DNA of 49,915 bases from Candidatus Cloacimonadota bacterium. GTDB lineage: Bacteria > Cloacimonadota > Cloacimonadia > Cloacimonadales > WRIO01. Made by a program: the position numbers and the translations under genes. Positions within the stretch are counted from its first letter, which is position 1. Every line of letters begins with the position of its first letter. The notes beneath the pieces are model-generated. The model was not told the DNA's origin, made no database searches, and saw nothing but the letters and a program-made list of their open reading frames with translations. The DNA is taken from assembly GCA_029564175.1 (NCBI GenBank), contig JAKQQL010000298.1:1-49915 (forward strand), given 5' to 3'. Below, piece by piece: positions 35,999 through 44,561 of the stretch.

Positions 35999-37894
35999 AT
36001 GATTGAAAATGTAATTTCTGTTGAGAATATCAGCAAAAGATATGGAGAAAAACTGCTGTTTGAACCGGTAACCTTTGGTATCAACAAAGGCGAAAAAATC
36101 GGTATTTTAGGTATCAATGGCAGTGGTAAATCAAGCCTGTTAAAAGTACTTGCCGGAGTGGAATCTCCGGACAGTGGCAGAATCGTCATGCAGTCCGGTT
36201 TACATTTGGATTATTTACCCCAGACGCCTGATTTGAACGAAGAACTCAGTATCCTGCAACAGATTTACTCAACTGATCATCCTCATTTTAAACTGCTCAA
36301 TGAATATTATCAATATTCAGTACTTCTGGAAAACCATTATGATGCCGATCTCTATCAAAAACAAACCAGGCTTCAGGCAGAGATTGAACGTTGTGATGCC
36401 TGGACGATTGATCATAAAGCAAAATCAACCTTAACAAAATTCGGTCTAAGCTTCTGGGATAAAAAGATCTCACAGTTATCAGGCGGTCAGAAAAGAAAAG
36501 TTGATATGGTAAGAGTACTTCTGGATGAACCGGATATTATCCTGATGGATGAGCCTACCAACCATCTGGATACAGACATTATTGAATACCTTCAGGAATG
36601 GATGATCTCTTATAAGGGCACCATTCTTTTTGTGACCCATGATCGTTATTTTCTGGATGCAGTCAGTAACCGTATATTAGAGATTGACCAGCTGAAGCTT
36701 CGCTTCTATCCAGGCTCTTATTCTGATTATGTTGAACGAAAACAACTGGAAGTTCAAGACTTGGAAAGAAAAGAAACAAGACGCCAGGCACAGTTGAAAA
36801 AAGAACTCAAATGGCTCAGACGCGGTGCAAAAGCCAGAGCAACCAAGCCAAAAGACCATGTGGAACGTGTGAAAGAGCTGATGGATAAATCTTATTTGAG
36901 CAACAATAAAGACCTCAGTATGTCATTTCAAACTACCCGGCTCGGAAAAACCATTCTCGAAATCAATCAATTGTCTTTTGGTTATGAAAAACTACTATTA
37001 GACCATTTTACCTATCATTTTCAGAAGAATGACCGTATCGGTATTATCGGACCCAATGGTTGTGGTAAATCATCCCTGATTAAAGCAATAACCGGTGAAA
37101 TCTCCATTTCAAGCGGTACAATTAAGTTTGGACAAAACACAAAGGTAGCCCTCCTGGAACAGGAAGAACCTTATATTGACCCCAAAATAAAAGTGATTGA
37201 TTATATCAGACAGAGTGCTGAAAACATACGTACTGAAGATGGTGTATTGCACACAGCCGAGCAGATTCTGGAGAAGTTTCTCTTTGACAGAAAGATGCAG
37301 CAATCGCTGGTCAGCTCTTTGTCTGGCGGTGAGAAAAAAAGACTGTTTTTACTGAATTCCCTCATATTTGGTTCTAATTTTCTGATACTTGACGAGCCGA
37401 CCAATGATCTGGACATCCGAACCCTTGAGATTTTGGAAGATTTTCTCGATACCTACAACGGTTGTATTGTTCTGGTATCTCATGACCGTTTTATATTAGA
37501 CAGAATTGTGGACTATCTTTTTGTTTTCCAGGAAGATCAGACCGTCAGAATGTTTCCTGGCAATTATTCAGACTACCTGATGGTCAAAAAATTTGAGACT
37601 GAAGCGGAGCAGGAGATTAAGAAAGCCGGTGAAATTCAAAGTAAAGAACCCCAGAAACCAAAAAATATTAAAAAACTCTCCTATAAAGAAGAAAAAGAAT
37701 TGGAAGAAATTGAGATTAAAATCGATAAACTGGAAAAATCAAAGACTGCCATCAATGAAAAAATGCAAAACGAAGCGGGCTCTCTGACATTTGAAGATTT
37801 CAACCGCTTATCCAAAGAGATCGAAAACATCGATGAAGAAACCATGTGCCTTATGGAACGCTGGGAAGAACTGGAAACCAAAAAGAATCAATAG
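35999..37894 (+). CDS. ABC-F family ATPase (Uup/YfmR-like)
   Basis: Two intact NBDs (GINGSGKS/LSGGQ/DEPTNHLD; GPNGCGKS/LSGGE/DEPTNDLD), linker ELKWLRRGAKARATK, C-terminal KLSYKE..ERWEEL coil. Confidence 0.92.
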   Translation: MIENVISVENISKRYGEKLLFEPVTFGINKGEKIGILGINGSGKSSLLKVLAGVESPDSGRIVMQSGLHLDYLPQTPDLNEELSILQQIYSTDHPHFKLLNEYYQYSVLLENHYDADLYQKQTRLQAEIERCDAWTIDHKAKSTLTKFGLSFWDKKISQLSGGQKRKVDMVRVLLDEPDIILMDEPTNHLDTDIIEYLQEWMISYKGTILFVTHDRYFLDAVSNRILEIDQLKLRFYPGSYSDYVERKQLEVQDLERKETRRQAQLKKELKWLRRGAKARATKPKDHVERVKELMDKSYLSNNKDLSMSFQTTRLGKTILEINQLSFGYEKLLLDHFTYHFQKNDRIGIIGPNGCGKSSLIKAITGEISISSGTIKFGQNTKVALLEQEEPYIDPKIKVIDYIRQSAENIRTEDGVLHTAEQILEKFLFDRKMQQSLVSSLSGGEKKRLFLLNSLIFGSNFLILDEPTNDLDIRTLEILEDFLDTYNGCIVLVSHDRFILDRIVDYLFVFQEDQTVRMFPGNYSDYLMVKKFETEAEQEIKKAGEIQSKEPQKPKNIKKLSYKEEKELEEIEIKIDKLEKSKTAINEKMQNEAGSLTFEDFNRLSKEIENIDEETMCLMERWEELETKKNQ

Positions 37895-37895
37895 G

Positions 37896-39005
37896 ATGAA
37901 ACAGATGAGAGTTTATATCATTTTACTAATCATCAGCCTGCCCTGTTTGTTGTTTTCCTTTATGGAAGACGATCTGGCGCTCTATTTTAATCTCAACAAC
38001 GGCAAAAGAACAGGCTTAACCGGAGCACCCTATCTGGCATACAGTTCCGACAGCGGCGTCGGAGCAGGCGTGCAAATCGTTTATTTTGATGCATGCCTGG
38101 ATTCCATAAAAATTGATCCATTTGAAATCCAGTTGGACGCCTCTTTTACAAGCGAGGGAGAGAGAAAGCTGGAACTTGACTATACAAAAGAGCTCACTTT
38201 AAAAAAATGGTCAATTCTGGCACATCTGGAGTATAAGAAAAAACCATCTGATTTTTGGGGAATTGGCTCTGATACGCCTGAAGAACGACAGGAGTCTTAC
38301 ACCCAAAGTCAATTGATTACCAAAATCCAGTTAAAAAAAGTATTTAGCCCTGATTTTTCAGCAGGTCCGATATTACAATACTTCCGCTATCAGATGCAGG
38401 AAACAGAAGATTCACTTCTATTAGCATCCGGCATGATCAGAGGTAGTGAAAACCGTTATTCACTTGCCGGAGCTGGTTTTGTTTGTGACTGGAATCATAC
38501 CGATTTTAAACCCTATCCCCGTAAAGGATACCGCTTTATTTTTGATAATGTATTCTATCTGTCAGATAAAAGTTACAAGTATCATTTTTATTCAGCCAAT
38601 TTTGATTTAAGAGTTTACAGACCAGTCTTGAAACAGCATATTCTTTGTGCCCAGATTCTCAGTCAAAATACAAGTGATAATCCGCCATTTCAGCTTCTGC
38701 CTGGTCAGGGAGGGTCTGCCATGATGAGGGGTTATCCCAACAGACGATTTCTCGAGAAGCAGTTCATCTCCGCACAGATAGAATACAGAAGTCCTTTTTG
38801 GATGAAGATGGGTCTTGCTGCCTATACTGCTGTAGGTAATTCCTATCGTAAATTTTCAGATTTTGAGGTAAATAATACACATTTATCTTATGGCTTAGGA
38901 TTTCGTTTGAATATATCAAAAAGCAATATGCTCAATATGAGAGGAGATATCGCTTTTTCTAAAGAAGGTCGTGAAATTTATTTTAAAGTAGGAGAAGCAT
39001 TTTAA
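37896..39005 (+). CDS. BamA/TamA (Omp85)-family outer-membrane barrel
   Basis: Signal peptide from ATG 37896/37905; GG..MRGY motif, EYR, YGLGFR, C-terminal GEAF. Confidence 0.8.
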   Translation: MKQMRVYIILLIISLPCLLFSFMEDDLALYFNLNNGKRTGLTGAPYLAYSSDSGVGAGVQIVYFDACLDSIKIDPFEIQLDASFTSEGERKLELDYTKELTLKKWSILAHLEYKKKPSDFWGIGSDTPEERQESYTQSQLITKIQLKKVFSPDFSAGPILQYFRYQMQETEDSLLLASGMIRGSENRYSLAGAGFVCDWNHTDFKPYPRKGYRFIFDNVFYLSDKSYKYHFYSANFDLRVYRPVLKQHILCAQILSQNTSDNPPFQLLPGQGGSAMMRGYPNRRFLEKQFISAQIEYRSPFWMKMGLAAYTAVGNSYRKFSDFEVNNTHLSYGLGFRLNISKSNMLNMRGDIAFSKEGREIYFKVGEAF

Positions 39006-39157
39006 ACTTCACTGTCTGTTAAATTACAGAAACTGACACAATTGATCATGGGTACAGTTAATAAAATGCTTGACTTTTCATGACTTAAGAGAATTCTGAC
39101 ATTATCAGAGTGTGTTTTAAAATTATTCCTGAAGTCTTTTTGACTTTACGGGCTTTT

Positions 39158-39209
39158 GTACAACAAACATCCTGTTTGCAGAGCAATTCTACAAACAAGA
39201 AAATTGTAG
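39158..39209. repeat. Degenerate inverted REP doublet (family 1) in the rne leader
   Basis: gtacaacaaacatcctgtttgcag-agcaatt-ctacaaacaagaaaattgtag resembles the 31.6-kb core. Confidence 0.65.
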
Positions 39210-39240
39210 AATATAGATAGAGTGAATTTTTAGGAAGTAT

Positions 39241-40743
39241 ATGTTTACAGAATTAATCGTGAATGTCCACCCGTTGGAAAACAGAATCGCTGTATTGGAA
39301 GACAATCAGCTGGTAGAATTATTTGTAGAAAAAGAAAAAAGTAATAATATCGTTGGCAATATATATAAAGGACTCGTAAAAGATGTGTTACCCGGAATGG
39401 GGGCTGCATTTATTGATATCGGACTGGAAAGAACGGCTTTTCTGCATTATTCAGATATTGTTACCGACTTTCTGGATGATTTTGAAGGAGAAGCACCTAA
39501 GCGGATTCTTCCGGAGGAATCACACCGTATCTCTGAAATTCTCAGTCCGGGTCAGGAAATTCTGGTACAGATACATAAGGGACCAATAGGTTCTAAAGGT
39601 GCACGCCTTACAGGTCAGATCTCCATACCCGGTAAGTTTCTTGTATTCTTCCCCAATAAGGATAAAATTGCCATCTCCAGAAAAATCAATTCTCCGATAG
39701 AAAAACAAAGAATCCGCAGTATTCTGAGCAGTATCAAAGAACCGAATACCGGCATTATTGTTAGAACAGATGGTGAAAATTGCTCGGAAGAAGAATTTAC
39801 AGATGAATACAGAGGATTGGCAAAAACATGGCGCTATCTTGAAAAAAAGATCAATAAAAGCAAGGCACCCTGTTGTATTTTTGAAGAATCAGATTCAGGC
39901 AGCATTCTTATCAGGGATTTATTTAGTTCGAGTGTTGACCGATTGGTCATTGATGATAAATTATTTTATCAGCGAATCATCCAAAAAGTCAAAGAATACA
40001 ACCCTGAGTTATGCCAACGCATTGAATTATACAATGAAGATACCCCGATATTTGATGCCTACGGTATTGAAAAAGAGATTGAAAAGATCTTTTATTCAAG
40101 AATCTATCTGCCATCAGGCGGTAACATCGTCATAGAAACCACAGAGGCATTAACAGCAATTGATATAAATACCGGTTCCTATACAGGGTCAAAGAATTAT
40201 GAATCGACCATTAAACATACCAATATTGAAGCAGCCATTGAGATAGCCCGTCAGATTAGATTAAGAAACCTGTCAGGCATTGTCATTGTAGATTTTATTG
40301 ATATGCAGGATGATTACAATCGTCAGGATGTACTCGATGCACTGAGAAGAGCATTCCGCAGAGATCGTGCAAAAAACAAGGTTTATCCTTTCGGGCCATT
40401 GGGTTTAGTGGAAATTACCCGAAAAAGAACCAGAACTTCTCTGATGAATACCTATTTCGAACATTGCCCTCATTGCAACGGAACAGGTAAGATTCTCTCT
40501 CGTGAATCCGTTTTGATCAAAGTGGACAGATGGCTGGCAAGAGCAGAGTATTTTATCTCCGGAAGGCCTCTCGATATACTGGTTCACCCTATTGTAAAGC
40601 AGACTTATGAGTCCCATCCTGAGCTCATTCGTAAATGGAGTAATCAGATCAGAGTGGTAGAACAGGCAGACATAGACCAGGATATGTTCAGGATTATACT
40701 GGCAGATGAAAAAAAAGACATTACAAACAAATATAATCCTTGA
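39241..40743 (+). CDS. Ribonuclease E/G family (short, RNase G-like)
   Basis: GNIYKG..VLPGMGAAFIDIG S1 domain, KGARLT, TEALTAIDINTG, RLRNLSGIVIVDFIDM, CPHCNGTG. Confidence 0.95.
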   Translation: MFTELIVNVHPLENRIAVLEDNQLVELFVEKEKSNNIVGNIYKGLVKDVLPGMGAAFIDIGLERTAFLHYSDIVTDFLDDFEGEAPKRILPEESHRISEILSPGQEILVQIHKGPIGSKGARLTGQISIPGKFLVFFPNKDKIAISRKINSPIEKQRIRSILSSIKEPNTGIIVRTDGENCSEEEFTDEYRGLAKTWRYLEKKINKSKAPCCIFEESDSGSILIRDLFSSSVDRLVIDDKLFYQRIIQKVKEYNPELCQRIELYNEDTPIFDAYGIEKEIEKIFYSRIYLPSGGNIVIETTEALTAIDINTGSYTGSKNYESTIKHTNIEAAIEIARQIRLRNLSGIVIVDFIDMQDDYNRQDVLDALRRAFRRDRAKNKVYPFGPLGLVEITRKRTRTSLMNTYFEHCPHCNGTGKILSRESVLIKVDRWLARAEYFISGRPLDILVHPIVKQTYESHPELIRKWSNQIRVVEQADIDQDMFRIILADEKKDITNKYNP

Positions 40744-40811
40744 CATAAATGACTTATGAAAATTTATTGAGAACTGAATTATAAAGTGTGTAATAAAAAG
40801 GAGAATAAATT

Positions 40812-41129
40812 ATGTACGCGATAGTTGACTTTAAAGGTTTTCAATATCGTGTTGAGAAAGATGCCACATTAAAGGTATCATATATGGCAGATGCTGAAAT
40901 CGGTTCAAGCATCGAAATGTCTGACATCTTACTCATCCACGATGATAATAACATTGTAAAAGTTGGTCAACCAACCATTAATGCTGCAAAAGTAACTGCA
41001 GAAGTTTTAGGACACGGTCGTGATAAAAAAATCATAGTCTTTAAGAAGAAAAAAAGAAAAGGCTATCGTAAAACTCAGGGTCACCGTGAATACTTTACTC
41101 AAGTAAAAATCACTAACATTCAATTTTAA
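40812..41129 (+). CDS. rplU: 50S ribosomal protein L21
   Basis: MYAIV..G.QYRV, KIIVFKKKKRKGYRKTQGHR. Confidence 0.97.
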   Translation: MYAIVDFKGFQYRVEKDATLKVSYMADAEIGSSIEMSDILLIHDDNNIVKVGQPTINAAKVTAEVLGHGRDKKIIVFKKKKRKGYRKTQGHREYFTQVKITNIQF

Positions 41130-41147
41130 TCAGAAGAGAGGATAATT

Positions 41148-41402
41148 ATGGCTCATAAGAAAGGTGTCGGAAGCAGTAGAAACGGACGCGATAGTAATCC
41201 TAAGTATTTAGGTGTAAAAAAATACGGTGGCGAAGTGGTTATTCCTGGAAATATCATTATTCGTCAGCGCGGAACTAAATTCCGTCCTGGTAAAAATGTA
41301 GGTATCGGCAGAGATTACACAATCTTCAGTCTTATTGAAGGTACAGTATCTTTTGAAACAAAAAAAGAAGGAAAGAAATACGTTTCTGTAATCCCTTGCT
41401 AA
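41148..41402 (+). CDS. rpmA: 50S ribosomal protein L27
   Basis: [28 protein letters not shown]. Confidence 0.98.
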   Translation: MAHKKGVGSSRNGRDSNPKYLGVKKYGGEVVIPGNIIIRQRGTKFRPGKNVGIGRDYTIFSLIEGTVSFETKKEGKKYVSVIPC

Positions 41403-41421
41403 GATATATGCCAAAAGCTTT

Positions 41422-41447
41422 AAGCCACTCTGATGAGTGGCTTTTTT
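41422..41447 (+). terminator. Intrinsic terminator after rpmA
   Basis: aagccactc-tgat-gagtggctt followed by T-run. Confidence 0.85.
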
Positions 41448-41482
41448 ATTATATAAAAATTGCAACTACTCAGGTTCTCTTT

Positions 41483-41926
41483 TCAAACAAACCCCAACGG
41501 GGTGATATGATTGTAGCACAATGTTTCATTCCAAACTTTTTTAACAGACAATAGTTCTAACAGATACTTTAACACATCAGCGCAAGATCCTGGATCATCT
41601 GTTTTCAGAGAAAAGCGTTTAATCAGCGCATGGATTAGTATCAGAAACACAGCATAAGATGAAACACCCCGTTTTCTTAGGGTAGGGTATTCTTTTTTAT
41701 ATTTCAGGGCATATTGAGCCAAATCCTTTTTAAAACCAGGTGTCAAATCAATCCAAACCATTTTGCAAATCGCATTGATCTGAATAATAGACATATTCTG
41801 TTTCTGCAAAATTCGTTCTGTTTTTCGCCTGCTGATACAAATACTTCCGCCAGCATACCAGGCAAGACTTAAATCACCGGCTTTCTTGGGATAGTCATGT
41901 TTGTTTTGCTTAAATTTAACTTTCAT
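41483..41926 (-). CDS. Basic hypothetical protein, paralogue of 30452..31051, possibly 3'-truncated
   Basis: GAGGAG SD; shares several multi-residue motifs with the 30.4-kb ORF; the last codons lie in a hairpin repeat. Confidence 0.72.
   Translation of the reverse strand: MKVKFKQNKHDYPKKAGDLSLAWYAGGSICISRRKTERILQKQNMSIIQINAICKMVWIDLTPGFKKDLAQYALKYKKEYPTLRKRGVSSYAVFLILIHALIKRFSLKTDDPGSCADVLKYLLELLSVKKVWNETLCYNHITPLGFV
41491..41516 (+). repeat. Hairpin-N9-GTAG motif (family 3)
   Basis: acccc-aac-ggggt-gatatgatt-gtag; same geometry as the reverse-strand actcc-gga-ggagt-ttaatatca-gtag at 42370-42395 and 44226-44251. Confidence 0.55.
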
Positions 41927-42074
41927 ACACTCCTCTTTACAATAATATACTCATTTCCTCTTAAAAAGCAATATCTTTCTTATATTATTCTCTTTTCTAT
42001 CTTGTAGAAAAGTCATATATCGAATCAAATCCTCTTCCGGCACAATTCTTAATCCTCTGTTATTTTCTCGTCAT

Positions 42075-42118
42075 TGTGAAGAGAAATTGAAGGGAAATGA
42101 AAGAGGAGTGAAAGGAAC
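42075..42118 (-). repeat. Four imperfect 11-bp direct repeats upstream of orphan paralogue B
   Basis: Minus strand gttcctttcac / tcctctttcat / ttcccttcaat / ttctcttcaca. Confidence 0.55.
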
Positions 42119-42122
42119 TCCT

Positions 42123-42184
42123 GTACTACAAGCATCTTGCTTGTAGAAAAAAAAAGCTCCGTACTACGAGCATCTTGCTTGTAG
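42123..42184 (+). repeat. Two direct REP-like palindromes (family 1)
   Basis: gtactacaagcatcttgcttgtag (42123-42146) and gtactacgagcatcttgcttgtag (42161-42184). Confidence 0.85.
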
Positions 42185-42288
42185 TTGCGGACGTACGGCG
42201 CTTTACTTTGTATGACCCTTCAAACCAATTTTTATGATTACTTATTATGTATAAACCATCAATTTAATGACATTGGGGTGAAGCTCCA

Positions 42289-42446
42289 GGTATATTGTAA
42301 GTTACACATCCAGTGCCTTAGGTGCGACCGAATAAAACCTGCCTTTAGAACAAACTCCCAAATCCTGGCCTACTGATATTAAACTCCTCCGGAGTATCTG
42401 TTTTCATTTTTCATTGTTCATTATACATTCTGCAAAGCTGATTATC
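42289..42446 (+). repeat. Direct repeat copy 1 flanking the AAA_14/DUF4143 gene
   Basis: Ungapped match to 44145-44302 (offset 1856); 122/128 identical over the last 128 bp, final 83 bp identical. Confidence 0.95.
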
Positions 42447-42500
42447 AGTGGATAAGCAAAAAAGCTGGTGCTTGGGTATCAGCGATGAATATTTAATAAT

Positions 42501-43625
42501 TTATAGTGAGTTTATATAGACGAAATCTCTAAAGTTGTTTCTGTCTATTATAAATGTTTTTGCCTGATAAGCGTCCGTAAAAGAAAGAGGAATTTTACTT
42601 TTTTTATGATTCCATTTAAACTCATAAGCATACAGTTCGCCCGCTTTTTCTTCTATTAAATCTATTTCCTGCTGTTGTTTTGTCCTCCAAAAATACATAC
42701 GGGTAAATGTATTTTTGTATTTATTCTGTTTTAAGCGCTCAGAAATCAGAAAATTTTCCCACAATGCACCTTTATCCTGACGTAAATCCAATTGATTAAA
42801 GTTACCAAGTATCATATTGCGAACACCATTGTCATAAAAATAAATTTTTCTGTTTTGCTTAATCTCATTTCTGAGATTTCTACTAAAACTGTTTAAACGA
42901 AAAACAACATAAGCCTTCTCTAATATATCAATATATTTTTGAACCGTAATTTTATTAATACCTATTAATTGAGACAATTCATTATAATTAACTTCACTTC
43001 CCATTTGTAAAGCTAATGCTTGCAATAGTTTATCAAGAACTTCATGCTTTCTGATATCAGTAAATGCCAGAACATCCCTATATAAATAACTATTTACCAG
43101 ATTTTTGAGAATATCTCTCTCATTTCCCTGATTATTTACTACTTCAGGATAAAAGCCATATATCAGCCGATTCTCTAATTGCTGCTCTGCTTTAATATAG
43201 CCATGATGATTTTCATACTCTTCCCAGCAAATGGGAAAAAGCTCATATTCCCATTTCCTACCGGTTAATGGTTCATTTAATTCATTACCTAGATCAAAAG
43301 AAGACGATCCGCTTACCAATAATTGAACATCTTTAAATTGATCAGTAATAATTTTCAGAGTTAGTCCAATTCCTTTAATCCTTTGTGCTTCATCCAGAAA
43401 TATTATTTTTTTGGATCCAATAATAGTTCTGAGTTGCTCAGTAGAAGGCTTTGTTAATATGTCTCTTACGACTGGATCATCACCATCTAAAAAGATAAAT
43501 TCCTGATCTTTTAAGAGCTTATTAATCAATGTGGTTTTGCCAACCTGCCTTGCACCAATTAGCACAATCGCTTTGCCACTATGGAGTTTGTCATTGATTA
43601 TTTTTTCGATACATCTGACATACAT
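42501..43625 (-). CDS. AAA_14/DUF4143 ATP-binding protein (ATPase-wHTH-PD-(D/E)xK-like)
   Basis: GARQVGKTT, FLDEAQ, SGSS, LTGR, GFYP, KIYFYDNG, WEN, FWRT..QEIDLI..AYEFKW. Confidence 0.9.
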   Translation of the reverse strand: MYVRCIEKIINDKLHSGKAIVLIGARQVGKTTLINKLLKDQEFIFLDGDDPVVRDILTKPSTEQLRTIIGSKKIIFLDEAQRIKGIGLTLKIITDQFKDVQLLVSGSSSFDLGNELNEPLTGRKWEYELFPICWEEYENHHGYIKAEQQLENRLIYGFYPEVVNNQGNERDILKNLVNSYLYRDVLAFTDIRKHEVLDKLLQALALQMGSEVNYNELSQLIGINKITVQKYIDILEKAYVVFRLNSFSRNLRNEIKQNRKIYFYDNGVRNMILGNFNQLDLRQDKGALWENFLISERLKQNKYKNTFTRMYFWRTKQQQEIDLIEEKAGELYAYEFKWNHKKSKIPLSFTDAYQAKTFIIDRNNFRDFVYINSL

Positions 43626-43786
43626 TCAAAACCCCTTTTTATACGATGATTTTTTCAAATAATCTAAAATGCTACTTTAGTCAATCTTTATTTAAGGAAT
43701 AATTGTATAATATATCTAATCTTCTGATATTATGCAAGTTATAAGAATATTTTGTCTAGTCTTCTCTTTTATAATATCTACTACAG

Positions 43787-43843
43787 GTCATTATAATGAC
43801 TAATAGTTATTACTTTTGGTCATTATAATGTCTTTTGGTCATA
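43787..43843. promoter_or_regulatory. Tandem palindromic operator-like sites upstream of the DUF4143 gene
   Basis: Perfect palindrome gtcattataatgac (43787-43800), near-copy gtcattataatgtc (43819-43832), partial ggtcata (43837-43843). Confidence 0.5.
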
Positions 43844-44144
43844 TTTTTTCTTTAAACGAGTTGATTTCCTACAAAGGTATAAAAAGTTGGTATATATTTG
43901 CGAAATGAAGCAAAGTACTCCCATCCTTTAGAAGGGTGGCATAACCGTAAATCCGAAAAACAATACCCTGATCTATGTTTCAAAATGAAAATTTTTTCTC
44001 GCAAAGGGCGCAACGTACGCAAAGATAAGGTTGTACCTACAGAAGATAAAACAACTGGTCCGTGATAAAATCACCCTCCTGTGTCTGTAAAAATACCAAT
44101 ATTCCTTTGGAATTGACGAGTGGTAGCCAGATGCGGAAGTGTCT

Positions 44145-44302
44145 GGTATAGTGTGTATTACAAATCAAGCCCCATAGGTACGACCGAATAAATTCTGCCT
44201 TTTGTACAAACTCCCAAACCCTGGCCTACTGATATTAAACTCCTCCGGAGTATCTGTTTTCATTTTTCATTGTTCATTATACATTCTGCAAAGCTGATTA
44301 TC
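44145..44302 (+). repeat. Direct repeat copy 2
   Basis: Ungapped match to 42289-42446. Confidence 0.95.
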
Positions 44303-44508
44303 CGTATTCATCCGTTAAATCAGTGGTTAGATCATCATTTTCCGTATTTTTCCGTGTTTCAGTGCTTGTTAAAAATGATTGTATTGTTTATGAAAAGACT
44401 ATATCAAATCAAATGAATGATATGCCAATATATTGAAAAGATATGTTAAGCGCTCATTACAATTTCTATACTTCCTTATTTTTCAAGATGTTACATATTC
44501 TAGCAGAA

Positions 44509-44525
44509 TTGGCATCTGAATTGCG
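44509..44525 (+). promoter_or_regulatory. Sigma54 (-24/-12) promoter
   Basis: TTGGCATCTGAATTGCG with GG-N10-GC spacing, about 37 nt before the ATG of the PDZ gene. Confidence 0.7.
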
Positions 44526-44561
44526 TATATCAATAATCAAGAAAACAAATGGAGGTGCAAA

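Noticed and set aside
37791..37895. N-terminal extension of the 404-aa ORF
   Set aside because: It overlaps the ABC-F gene; the signal peptide begins at 37896/37905
41129..41148. Missing prp/ysxB between rplU and rpmA
   Set aside because: L27 starts directly at MAHKK with no N-terminal extension, so absence of the protease is the normal state
42185..42376. 63-aa ORF
   Set aside because: TTG start with no SD, runs through repeat sequence, no recognisable motif
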